A DNA stretch of 64,000 nucleotides, taken from positions 6,411,849-6,475,848 of the forward strand of contig CM082597.2 in the NCBI GenBank assembly GCA_040954595.2, read 5' to 3'. The notes below the pieces were generated by a model, which saw only the letters and a program-made list of their open reading frames with translations, searched no databases and was not told the origin of the DNA. The stretch is from Balanoglossus misakiensis. Taxonomy: Eukaryota > Animalia > Hemichordata. The position numbers were made by a program, and so were the translations under genes. This document shows, in pieces, positions 13,488-25,400 of the stretch; position 1 is the first letter of the stretch, and each line of letters opens with the position of its first letter.

Positions 13488-16300
13488 CTGGGGATGAAAA
13501 TTGTCGTTAAAGGGACAAAGTCTCTCTCTTTCCTTTAATTATGTTTGAAACAAGACACTGTTTATATTACTCTACATGTGGATTTATAGACAATGACAAT
13601 GTTCGACCTCACACAACTTCCATTCCGTTTGTAGGATATGAGAGTAAAAATCTCACCAAATTGAATAAATGGTAAAGACTGATTATTCATTTGGTCGAGT
13701 TTTTCACTCTCGTGTCTACAAGTGGGATGGAAGTTGTGTGTGGTTGAACGTTCATTCACTATATATCACATGTAGAATAATTAGACGGGGTCTTGTTTCA
13801 AACATAATTAATGAAAAGGGCAGTGAGAGAGAGACTTTGTCCCTTAAAACTATAGTGTATAGTGGTATTCTGTTGATGAAGTTTTACTGTTTGTATTAGC
13901 TTGCGAGCTAAAATTAGTTATTATTCAACAATTGTTTTTCTTTTGTATGCAGTTGATCTGGAGGTCCAAATCTCTTCGAAAGTGGAAGAAACAGAAATCT
14001 ACACATGATAAATAAGAATTGTGTTAAATTGTTATCATCGACTGATCCCCAATAAAAATCATTTCGACTATTCACGCACAATCATTCAGTCTCCCACATT
14101 AAACGACTCCGCCATACCTGCACAGCAGAATGCTACTCTGTAGTCCGAACAAGATCGATCAGTTTGGTCTTCATTAAGACAAATGAATCCTGTCTCTGTG
14201 TCGAACGCAGAGAACGTCTCGCCCGTCGACTCAGCTCGTGTCCCGCTGAGGGTCTCGGCATAAATCCCTATCGGGTCGTCGCAAAGTTCGCCGGGATACT
14301 CGGCTCTCAATCTGTATAAGGTTTCATGATCTCCAGTATCAGCTGGATCATCGCGGTCGAAAAAACGTGTCCATTCACATTGGGCTGCAAACATGAAAGT
14401 TATAAATGTATAGTGGGAAATGTGATAGCTTTTATTCTGGATTAGCTAATGATAAGACAGGTGGGGGAAATGCACATAGGAACGTACTCCGCCAATTATA
14501 ACTTTCATGTTTGCAGCCCCCTGTGGTCTATTCATCATTGCCATCTACAGTAAGTGATGAAAGTTGCATTTTATAAACCAAGTCTAAACAACCGAAGTGA
14601 CCCCTTGAAACGCTGAGTGACTGTTTTATGAATTTAGCCAAGTCAAAACACAACGAATTTTTCTTTTTATAGTATTAAACAAATGGAAACATACGTCGTT
14701 CGGCAGATGTCCTGTTGAAATAAAAATGGAAGACATAACGTGAGTCACCTGGACATTAACACACCGGTACACCAACAGAAACATACATAACATTTGAGAA
14801 CGTCTTTACCTGTTGCAACTTTAAGGAACATTTTACATTTTTATATTACTTAGAAGGAAATTCTCGATGGTATGACAGACATAATTAATATATCGCCATG
14901 CAGCGAAAATCTAGAATCATTGCATCTAACCTGATATAGTACTAAGGCACAAGAACATCATACGATAGCATTCACAGCCAGAAAAGCCACTCAATTGATT
15001 TTAACACGTTCTGTCTTTCAGTTAGCCTAGTCCTAGCCGTATTTTGTCCGCTTTGCTTCCATAACTAACGCCTAGCCTCACTCATGCCACTGGCCCAATA
15101 AAACCCCATACCCCTTGCTGGGAATTGTGATGTAACTAGCATCCCCTTGAAGTCACTCATATAAACTGAACAATTGTGATTGGGTGTAAGGTTATAGTGA
15201 AGGCAGGGCTAATTTGAATTACAAATGTTACCCATCCTTAATTACACATATGTATATCCTTTGTCCAATCATTGGAAAAATAAAGTTTTTGATTGGCTTC
15301 AGAGGGGCGCTAGTTACATCACAATTCCCAGCAAGGGGTATGGGGTATAATTGGGCCAATGGCATGAGTGAGGCTAGGCGTTAGTTTTGGAAGCAAAGCG
15401 GACAAAATACTGCTAGGACTAGGCTAACTTTCAGTAAGAGGTGTCAAATATCAAACCTAATGTGACTATGCATGATAGCACACGTACCGGTACAGGCAAA
15501 CTGATGATGCATTAGCTGTGGCCAGTCATCAGAATTATTTTTAACTACAGAGATGTGTTCAACCATATTGATATCTGGGAATGTGGTCGTGCTTATATCA
15601 ACATTATCGTTTAGAAGTCCAAGTCACACAAAAGTGGATACCGATTGTACATAATGATCAACATTTTGGACACGAGAGATGGCGCGTCTCGCCAGACTTC
15701 TGTGCGCGATCTGTGCCTTGCAGAAGTTATTGTCACCCGTGATGCAGTCACGGTGTACATGTATACTCCTACACAACCAAAGTTCACCAGGTCTGCACCA
15801 GGTCTGGTGCATGCCCGGTGCATGTCTGACCAACAGGTCATGTGCAGCAATATGGACGCAGACCTGCAGCAGTCTGCTGGAGCAGACCTACCACTAGCTC
15901 TGCGTGGCAGGGCTGTGTTGTTACGGCGAGACCTCCACCGGAGGTTACGGTCTCGCCGTAACAACGCAGCCCTGCCACGCAGAGCTAACCTACCACAGGT
16001 CTGTCCTGTCAGACCTGTAGCGGGTCTGTCCCGTCAGACAAGAGCAGGTCTGTCCCATCAGACCTGCAGCAGACCTAAACATTTAGCTATAGTAGTAGTA
16101 GTATTACATAGACCGCGGCAGTACTTTCACGAGCTGAGCTCGGATAGAACAAGTATCATGTAGAGTATTTTGTCCGGACAATGAAACAATACAGGGATAA
16201 ATTGTGTTGTAGAAATTGCAGAGATACTAGAGGTGAATAGTTACCTTGTGTAGGCTGAGACCAAACATGCAACAATTAGCAGAGCCCGAGAACCTTTCAT
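13213..16300 (-). CDS. Secreted 204-aa protein with two Mucin2_WxxW domains (CILP/mucin-5AC N-terminal-like); complement(join(13213..13487,14118..14384,14695..14711,16245..16300))
   Basis: Signal peptide MKGSRALLIVACLVSAYT. Two domains of pattern WTRFFDRDDP..TGDHETL...C..P..I.A......G..C.N.DQ...C.DY.V.FCC. All introns GT-AG, phases 2/1/1, total 615 nt. AATAAA on the minus strand at 12997-13002. Confidence 0.9.
13511..13843. mobile_element. Palindromic TTAA MITE family A (Kolobok-like; AGGGACAAAG...CTTTGTCCCT)
   Basis: TTAA flanks and long terminal inverted repeats. Other copies at 20599-20918, ~44046-44388, 49707-50047, 55871-56156 and 62908-63257; half copies end at 10261, 37527 and 59987. 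Confidence 0.85.
14118..14384 (-). CDS. WxxW gene exon 3 (domain 1)
   Basis: tttgcag|CC CAA TGT...GCA G|gtatgg; 267 nt, phase 1-1. Confidence 0.92.
14695..14711 (-). CDS. WxxW gene exon 2 (17-nt micro-exon)
   Basis: ttttatttcaacag|GACATCTGCCGAACGAC|gtatgt; converts phase 2 to phase 1 as required. Confidence 0.7.
15023..15426. mobile_element. 404-bp MITE with TAG...CTA ends and 9-bp target duplication (AcademH-like)
   Basis: ~120-bp inverted repeats starting TAGCCTAGTCCTAGC; flanks tctttcagt/actttcagt (8 of 9 identical). Confidence 0.85.
15895..15987. mobile_element. 93-bp hairpin MITE with TAG...CTA ends and perfect 9-bp target duplication, inserted in a CAGGTCTG/CAGACCTG-rich repeat (~15787-16078)
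   Basis: ACCTACCAC at 15886-15894 and 15988-15996; ~39-bp arms. Confidence 0.9.
16245..16300 (-). CDS. WxxW gene exon 1 (signal peptide)
   Basis: ATG AAA GGT...ACA AG|gtaac; hydrophobic core ALLIVACLVSA. Confidence 0.8.
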
Positions 16301-16540
16301 CTTTCCGTTGTTGAACAGACAAATGTGCTATCTTCAGGGGATCAGATCTGTATAGAAATTATGTAGGGCCTAGAAGGATTAGACTTCACATGATTCAAAT
16401 TATGGCGAACCCCATGCATTGGTCATACTTGTTTGTAAAATTGATCAACCACAATCCGTGGCTTCTCCGAACGATGATAAATCAACACTATTAATGATAA
16501 GAAGGAAATTGTTTCAAAACTTCACCTTCATACAAATTAA

Positions 16541-16889
16541 AGCCTCTAGAGCTGCCACTTTTTGCACTATTTTCACGATTTTATTTTCCAACTTGAATTG
16601 GTCCATCTAAATAAGCTTACTGATAGGTATACATGAACACCTTATCGATGCCCGATTGTGACTGCATGTCGCAATTTGAACACGCTACGTATTTAAACGG
16701 TACCGCACCGATTTTATCAGCCTCCATACAGACAGTACGCAGCTATCGTGGTATGCGTCGCCAAAAGATGACAAACTGATGCAAATGCAAGTCATATGGC
16801 TTAATGGTGAAGAGTTTAGAGGATAGGGAATATATTTTAAGCATTTAACTGTGGAAAAAAATATGTGAAATTTGGCAGCTATAGGGGCT
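16541..16889. mobile_element. TTAA MITE family C (AGCCCCTATAGCTGCCA-type ends)
   Basis: TTAA|AGCCTCTAGAGCTGCCA...TGGCAGCTATAGGGGCT|TTAA. Related copies at ~19110-19270, ~24520-24845, ~29325-29598 and ~33945-34143. Confidence 0.8.
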
Positions 16890-17662
16890 TTAAAGTTCAT
16901 CAAGACAGCATTTCGATTAAAACACAAATACGATCGCGAACTAACGAAAATACATGTACATACCCAAACTGTTCTGTTGCTTCAGATGATTTCAGACTGC
17001 GCTGGGGATCAGACTGGTTAATTTTGGGTATCTAAAGCATGTTCTTATATACATTTCTGTTTGCGCTATGCGCAAAACTTTGATATTGTGATTGGTTCAT
17101 AAAATAGACAATTGTCTGATTGGTTTATAAGCAATAGATGTCTACCTTTGTGTATTTGCATATTCAAATCTTATGAAGCACTTCCTAAAATAATACTTTG
17201 TAAGTGGATGTACCTGTTATAGCACGCGCCTGCGCGCCATATGGTTTAATGGTAGGCCTAATTTGTGGAATTGGATCGCACAGTCCCGCACTGAAGCCCC
17301 ATGCAGTCCTGTTGGGTTAGGTAACAGTCGCTGCCAGCCCATTGCGGAGCGGGCCTAATGCTCGACTTTTGTCGGGAGAAATACTAGTAGTGCTTTGTAC
17401 GTGAGTGTACCTATCATGACATGTGTCCTTTATTAACCGTCAGCGCCCCATAACGTTTACTGTCAACTTGTCGATGACGAAACGGGTCGCACAATCTCAC
17501 ATTAAAGCCCCATGAGCTGCAAAATGTCACTTATTTTTCCCACAATAAAATACTTCTCCATATCCTTTAGAATAATCGCCATTAAGCCATAGTACTTTTT
17601 TATGCACCAGATTTTTATCTCTTGATAACAAATGACACGGTAGTTGTGTACTATTTGTATGG

Positions 17663-18950
17663 TACGGAGGCTTAATGAGGCCACAGGAGTAATTTTTTTT
17701 ATTTCATACCTGTAATAAACATTTCATACCTGTCATTTTTTTCATGTCTGTAATAAAAAGTTCATACCTATAATTTTTTTTCATGCCTGTAATTTTTTTT
17801 CATGCCTGTAATTTTTTTTCATGCCTGTAATAAAATGTTCATGTCTGTAATAAACATTTCATGCCTGTATTTTTTTTTCATGTCTGTAATAAAAAATTCA
17901 TGCCTGTAATTTTTTTTCATGCCTGTAATAAAATGTTCATGTCTGTAATAAAAAGTTCATGCCTGTAATTTTTTTTCATGCCTGTAATAAAATGTTCATG
18001 TCTGTAATAAAAATTTCATGCCTGTAATTTTTTTTCGAGCCTGTAATAAAATGTTCATGTCTGTAATAAAAATTTCATACCTGTAATATTTTTCATGCCT
18101 GTAGTAAAATGTTCATGTCTGTAATAAAAATTTCATACCTGTAATATTTTTCATGCCTGTAGTAAAATGTTCATGTCTGTAATAAAAATTTCATACCTGT
18201 AATATTTTTCATGCCTGTAATAAAAATGTCATACCTCATACCTGTAATTTTGTTTCATGCCTGTAATTTTTTTTTACTTTCGTGACCTTTGAACCTACAA
18301 GATCTGCTCAGCTCAGCTGAGTTCAAGTGTGATATTGCGGTCAAAGTTAAGCATAAACCTTTGATATCAACATTCAGGAAGAGAGTAGAAAATACAAACA
18401 GAGGTGTCATAACTTGAGCAGGTTCCAGTGACACAGAGTAAGCTGAGCCAGTCACTCTACATGTGATCGTAAGTTGTAAGGTCAAAGGTCATGAAACTAT
18501 AAAAAAAATTACAGGCATGATCTGATGACGTGAAGTGTTTCATGCCTGCAATTTTTTTAGAGTGCTCAAGTTATGACACCTCTGTTTGTATTTTCTACTC
18601 TCTTCCTGAATGTTGATATCAAAGGTTCATGCTTAACTTTGACCGCAATATCACACTTGCATGCACTCAGCTAAGCTGAGCAGATCTTGTAGGTTCAAAG
18701 GTCACGAAAGTAAAAAAAAATTACAGGCATGATTTTTTTATTACAGGCATGAAAAAAAAATACAGGTATGAAATTTTTATTACAGGTATGAAAAATAAAT
18801 TACAGTCATGAAAAAAAATTACAGGTATGAAATTTTTATTGCAGGTATGAAATTTTTATTACAGACATGAAAAAAAATTACAGGTATGAAACTTTTAATA
18901 CAGGTATGAAACTAAAACAATTACTCCTGTGGCCTCATTAAGCCTCCATA
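17663..18950. mobile_element. Foldback-type non-autonomous DNA element with minisatellite-containing inverted arms
   Basis: TACGGAGGCTTAATGAGGCCACAGGAGTAATT...AATTACTCCTGTGGCCTCATTAAGCCTCCATA. Arms are built of ~20-22-bp CATGCCTGTAAT units, with a unique inverted block at ~18275-18419 / ~18563-18715. Confidence 0.85.
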
Positions 18951-20598
18951 GTGGTTAGACTATTGATATCAATGTTTTGAAAGCCGGGTAGTCTTGAAAA
19001 CGAACTCACACTTTTCACACACGCATTTCGGAGTTTGTCAGTTGTATTTTAATTTGGGGGTAAACGTAATCATTTTATTTCTAGTAAATGCAGAAAAGTC
19101 GGAAGATTAAAGCCCCAAGACCTGTCACGTTCTCCACTTACAATTCCAACTTCGGTCCATCTAAATAAGGTTACCGGTACATATATATTAACATCCTTAA
19201 TCGATGCCTGATTTTGTCGGTATGTTGCAGTTTCACACATGTGCGCACCCGTTTAATAGGTCTCCATAAACCACAATAAAAAGGAAATTTTATCGACATT
19301 TATTTCAGAATTATTGTCATTCGTTGTATTTTGAGCTGATGCACCCCAGGGTTACCGAACTCTGTCCCGAGATAGCACTTATGCGATTGGAACTATTTTG
19401 GGATAATTGCATTATTGATTAATGGACTGTCTGTATAATCAGTTTTCAATGTAGTACACGTACTACGTGCCCGCTGTTTGCCATATTGGTATGTTTCGGG
19501 AATGGTAGAATTACTATTATTCTCCCCATGTGCAACGCATACTAATTTTTATCCAATTATTGATGCCAGAAGTGTCGGATTTTCGAAATATTTACCGGCA
19601 TGGCATAATCTAACCATAGTAAAATATATGAAGTGTTAACTGAATTACTAGTGTTTTCAAAGTTAGGACTGTCATTCGATTTATTTTGAGCTTATGAGGA
19701 TTGGCAACCGTCATATTCTAATTCTATGCCGCTGAAACGGAAGCCTCATTCCTTTTGTTTGGGGGCGCCTTTCTTGTCTTACTTAATATTTATGGCAACT
19801 GGATTGTCATTAGTATTTTCAACGGCTAAAACGTATTGCCATTAGATTTTTACCGTGAACACCTATTGCCTGGAAATAGCATGTGATTCTGGTAACTTAC
19901 AGTCACAGGGGGGTAAAAACGGCTGCTATGGCCCGAATATAGGCCAGGCCAGCACCTCTTTAAGTTTTTGTCAGTGGTCGTAGATCTTTCTATTTAAGCA
20001 ATAACACACATCTGAGCCAAGTTTGGTGCTTTTTTATCACAAAAAGCACAATCGATTTGTGTATACTATTAGTGCCGCTCCACAAATATTCGTCGCTTGA
20101 GGCGCCCTTGCACGCCACGATTTCTACCCATTTCTGCCGCTCGCTGCGCTGTGCTCGCCCAAATGAAAAAATACAAGATGATGGCATGCGATAACGAGAA
20201 CTCAGGGGTAAAATGTCTTCTTCTGACTATCGGCACGGCACTGTTCTCTGAGCAACTGGCAGACGCTGGGGGAAAAAACTTAAACTCTTAAAAAATGAAT
20301 TCGACCGTCTGGAAGTCGGACCAGAGAAATCTCCTTCCCCGTTGCAACAGACAAGGCAAAAATCCCCGACTGAAGTGCTAGCTATTCAAAAACATTTGTA
20401 ATAGCAAATGATTATCACTTGATACATGAAGGAGTTCTTACCCGGAGTTCCTATCTCCGTGGTATCACCATTATATTATTTGAAACGAACAGCTTTTGAT
20501 CTCTATGATTACCGTAAATGTACATTGGTAAGGCCAGCGTGTTCACATGCAATATCGTGTATGCGAATTCTTTTGTATATCCCAGGTTTCTCTGTTAA

Positions 20599-20918
20599 AG
20601 GGACAACGTCTCTCTCTCGCTTCCCTTTTCCATTTATTATGTTTGATACAAGACACCATTTATGTTATTCTACAAGTGGATATATTGTGAATCAATGTTC
20701 GACCGCACAGCTTCTATACTACTTGTAGACACGAGGTCGAGAGTGAAAGACTCGCCATTTTGGGTGAGTTTTTACTCTCATATCCTACAAACGGGGTGAA
20801 AGTTGTGTGTGGTTGAATGTTCATTCACTACATATACATGATGTACATTAATATAAACAGTATTTTTTATCAAACATAATTAACTGAAAAAGGGCAGCGA
20901 GAGAGAGACTTTGTTCCT
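20599..20918. mobile_element. TTAA MITE family A copy
   Basis: Same inverted repeats as 13511-13843, TTAA flanks. Confidence 0.85.
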
Positions 20919-20933
20919 TTAACATTCAATATA

Positions 20934-21137
20934 CTGTAAAACGGGTTACTTTCGCAAGCAATACATTTTCGCGAAATACGCGAGAGCCAAAAAACCGTGA
21001 AAATAAAAAGTCGCGTAACATTTTTTCACAGATCCCGATGCAGAGAGATACGAGAACGCGAAAATTAATCCTCGCGTAACAGTTGTCTCGTTTGATATCG
21101 CGAAAATTTCCTTTTGCGAAAATAACCCGTTTTGCAG
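20934..21137. mobile_element. TA-flanked MITE (Tc1/mariner-like; CTGTAAAACGGG...CCCGTTTTGCAG)
   Basis: TA flanks and terminal inverted repeats. Inverted copy at 50486-50691; fragments at ~45200-45280 and ~55235-55305. Confidence 0.8.
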
Positions 21138-21947
21138 TATATCGAGATATGAAAAGCAAATCAGGATTTCTGAAAAAGTTAAGATCATCTATTAAACCAA
21201 AGTGTCAAAACAGTAAGAAATATGTCTTCTTTATATTTAAACACCAATTAAATTTTACCGGTCAGATAAGTAAAATTGATGATGACAGAGGGGGAGTCGA
21301 GTGAAACTTTTATTGGGGTTCATCAGAATCAGAACGGTTAGCAAGAACTTACAAATGGCCCACCCGTCAATGTAACTGGACATTACCTGAATTATATTTT
21401 TTTCTCGACTGTTTTCAAGTAGTGTATGTATGTGTGTATGTATCTTTTTTAATAATAATTCGTTGAATTATTTCTGTTAGGATGACTGGTTTATTATATT
21501 CATAATTTTTGGGCGCAGCGACGGACCTATCGCCGCAAGAATCTTCCCTCCCTTTGTTAATTTTAAGAGACGGACAGTGAAATTTAACTTGCTACTAACG
21601 CTGTCATTTAAAAGAGTTTACCCTCGTCGGTGATGCGAAACGGTATTAACTTGATTAGTCTAAATCCAAACATGGCTTACACTTGTCTCCACAGTCGCTT
21701 GGTAATTGTTCCCAAGCGACTCACTGTACATCTCAGTTTCGTGTACTCGCCATGTCTTGCAAGAACATGGGCTGTACACCCCCATTCCCAGAATAGAGTC
21801 GCCCTCTGAATGAAAGTTTGCTGCGTCCAAAGTCACTCACACACCACAACGTTGACTGATGTGCAGTTTTTGCACCAGACGGTCATATTCATGATAAAAC
21901 CCACGACAGTTTCAGAGACATTAGAAAAAAAGCACTGAATTTGAACG

Positions 21948-22169
21948 ATGGAAACTTGTCTCCTGATTCCACCCGAACTTGTTGTTTGCGAAAGGAAAAC
22001 AAAACTGAGCGGCGGCGTCCAAGTTGCTGAAGATGGGCGTGACAACACAACAAGATGTTTGGGTGTCTTCAGTGTGGTTTCGCTTCATCCTGGTTGCGCT
22101 TTTTACGCGACGTCGGGTGCTTTTCTTTTCACCAGGATCGACTACCAAACCAAACTTAGAAGTCTTGAC
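21948..22169 (+). CDS. PRDM-like coding exon 1 (PR domain N-terminal half)
   Basis: [11 protein letters not shown]...[12 protein letters not shown]...RSLD|gtaagt; phase 0 matches exon 2. Confidence 0.75.
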
Positions 22170-22350
22170 GTAAGTTGACATTTTTTCTGTTTTTTTTTTT
22201 TTTTTTTTCATTCAGAAAGATTCCCCTTTGACCGTTTGGTAGTCCATGCGTCGCGGAATAAATCAAGATGATGAAAATTTAAAACTATCCAGCACCCTCA
22301 TCAGAAAACTGGGCACTACCTCTATACCGTGATACCGATAATAACCATGG

Positions 22351-22417
<67 letters not shown>

Positions 22418-25400
22418 ACTTGGGTCATTCGCAGATCGTACTGAGCGGGTGGCGTAGATGATGAGCACAGAGTCGGACTACAAATTCATTTGTTAGAAGG
22501 CATGAAACACTAACTAGATCACTTGACTGTAGTTGACAAATAACAGCATGATCTACAGATCTGTGGCCAAATTGTATGTATGAACGGCCGACAGAGTCAT
22601 GGTAAAATTCCATTTAATTCGTTCGACGTTTGCTTTGCTCGAGTTTGTTGCCTTCCTGGCTTTTCAAAGGAAATAGACGCGTTCCCATGACTACACAACC
22701 GAAGTTCCGACACACATGTTTTGACCATATCTTGAAGTCGTTTTGTCCACTTTTTTTCTTAGATCTAAAGGATGTTAGGATGTACAATCGCGATCACCCT
22801 CAACCTGTTTTCCCCACATGTCGACGACCAGTGCGGTTCTCACATACACCCATATCTCACGACCCCCACAACCATTGACCTCAAGGCGCCGCGCCGCACA
22901 CTCTCAATTGCGTCGGACAGCAAAGACCGTTATCTGATCATGATGGACTTTGGTGGTGGATCAGTTTCGGGTGTTTTTAATGGTCACCCGCAGTGATGCT
23001 ACTGATATGCGCGGCTGATGTAGCGTGATTAATTATTTTGTCTGGGAGAAAGTGGTGTCTCAATCCTGGTCCTAGTCAATTGGTAAAAATGTAATATGTG
23101 CTAAATTGAGTAGAAACCTAGGGCATACAATGATATACACATTTATCTGTCTGTAAGTGAGTTTTCCGTGAAATCTATGTGTTTAATTTTCTACCTGGTG
23201 TGAATTGATCAAACCGTTTTGTATATCGATGTATAGTGTTATATTCTAAGATTTGGTTTGACAAAAATGATTGGAAAAAGCATGCCAGCAATTAGTAAAT
23301 TAATTAATTGATTAATTTAATAGTGAAAGTAAAACGCAAACACTTTTTTTTTTAGAATGCTTAAATAATGGAATATCTTGAATCATCAACAGTGACTCTG
23401 TACATTTCATAGCATTCACACAGCACGCATTGAAATGAAGTATTGAGAGGGATTAGACAGTGGTTGAAGGGCGTACTTTCTACCGGGGTTCCCCACTCCC
23501 AGTCATTTTACTTGGGGTTCATCTTGGGAGATGTCGGTGGGTATCAAAAGTGCATTGTTGCCAAGGTTTCCAGATCATTTACCCAAACCTTATATCGATG
23601 GTGAAAAACTAGCAGAGTGGTTCTCAATCTGATTAAAATCAGATGTAGGGAACGGCGACGTGGTTTTTTAGCATAAAAAAACACGTCGCCGTTCCCTACA
23701 TCTGATTTTAATCGGATTGAGTGGTTCTAAGCCAATAAAAGGATGAATGCAGATTCAAAAATTCTCATACAAGAAAATTTATTTTAAAATCATGCATGTG
23801 GAAGATATAGAGCTAGAACCATAATTCCTTGCACATTTTTTTTTCAAATCGACTAAAACTTTCAGAACGACATGTTTTTAGAAAACAGTGCACTGCCGGC
23901 TTATCTGTGAAGTTAATCTTGCCCCCTGGCTCTCAGTCTGAATCAAACACATCCAATTTTGTTCTGGTGTTTGTGAAGTTTGAAACCACGCAGATAGCTT
24001 TGAGACGCAGCCATCTGTGAGCAGACCAGATTCCAAGCGATTCAGTTGCAGATTTGGCCTGGAAGTCTCTCTGTGAATGTCTCAAGACTTTATTTTGTGG
24101 CGGTATTGTCGAAACCAAGATTGATGAAGGAACTGTCACCCATCACCGCGCATTTAAAAACAATGCTAATGCGATACTTTAGAGACGTCAGACACATTTG
24201 GCTCGAATTTGGAGCGGACCATTAATCATCGGGAGATGGCCGAGGTCAAACACACTTTATTAACTTGACATTGTTTTTAAGCAGCATTCCGTGTCAGCGT
24301 CTGGTATCTCTCTTTATGGTTGGATGCGATTGGTGCAATTGAAAACCAGAATGACTAGAATGATTTGTGGCTTAATGAAGGTTGTTGGATAATTCACGCA
24401 GCCATATACTTCATCCATTATGGGTCCCCATGTGTGCTTTACTCGGGGGACTCCTATGTTTGCCTCTCTCTCTACCCTGCCCCCCCCCCCCCCCCAGTGT
24501 GCCCTGTAACAAACGGAAAGCCTCTACCGGTAGCTGCCACTTTTTTACATTATTTTCATGATTTTATTTTTTCCAACTTAGATTTGGTACATCGAAATAA
24601 GCTTACTGATAGGTATACATGAAAATCTCATCGATAGTGGCTGTATGTTGCAATTTGAACACACTATATTAAGTGGGTGCCACACCTGTTTAATCAGCCT
24701 CCATACAAACAGTACGCAGCTTTCGTGGTATGTGTTGCCAAGAGATGACAAACTGATGCAAATACAAGTAATATGGCTTAATGGTGAAGGTTTTAGAGGA
24801 TAGGGAATATATTTGAAGTATTTTATCGTGGAAAAAAATATCTGAACCATGGCATTTCTGCAAGTTGGCCAGAATTCTTGGGGGGGGGGGGAGATTTTTC
24901 AACAATTCCATGCAGCACTTTCTGTTGGTTTCATATGCCATGTAAATGCTTGTACAACAGATGCATGAAACTTAAAGGAATGTTAGTGAAATAACAGTGA
25001 GGTCTATCCTGTCGTATCTGTATTAGCATGTCGGTCTCAAAACACCCTATTTTTCAGTCCTTTTGTACCGAACACAAACACACCAATAAATCAAACTCTT
25101 TGCTTGCAAATGAAAAGTTTTCTCAGCTCCTTTCAGTATCCATGCATTTTAGACAAGTTTTAAATGACGTGACAAAACTTATCAACCTTTGTGTGTATTT
25201 TGGTTAATGCCTTGAATGTTGTCTATGAAGACGTTCTACACTGCTAAGAAAAACCCCTTTTGTATTTGAAGTGACTAACTGCAAACGGATAAAAGGAAAC
25301 AAAACCAAGACAAGAAAAAGAAAGACATAAATAAGTTAGAACAGTGGTTATTTAACAGTCTTCCTTGTTTTAAATATTATGTTTTTAGTAATTTCTTATA

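Noticed and set aside
15611-16163. 172-aa and 117-aa opposite-strand ORFs with mirrored peptides
   Set aside because: They result from the palindromic MITE and CAGGTCTG repeats inside a WxxW intron.
17700-18270. CRISPR-like regularly spaced repeats
   Set aside because: No unique spacers and no cas genes; this is a minisatellite in the arms of a eukaryotic foldback element.
21921-22211. Minus-strand 96-aa basic ORF
   Set aside because: It is antisense to PRDM-like exon 1 and starts in a poly-T tract.
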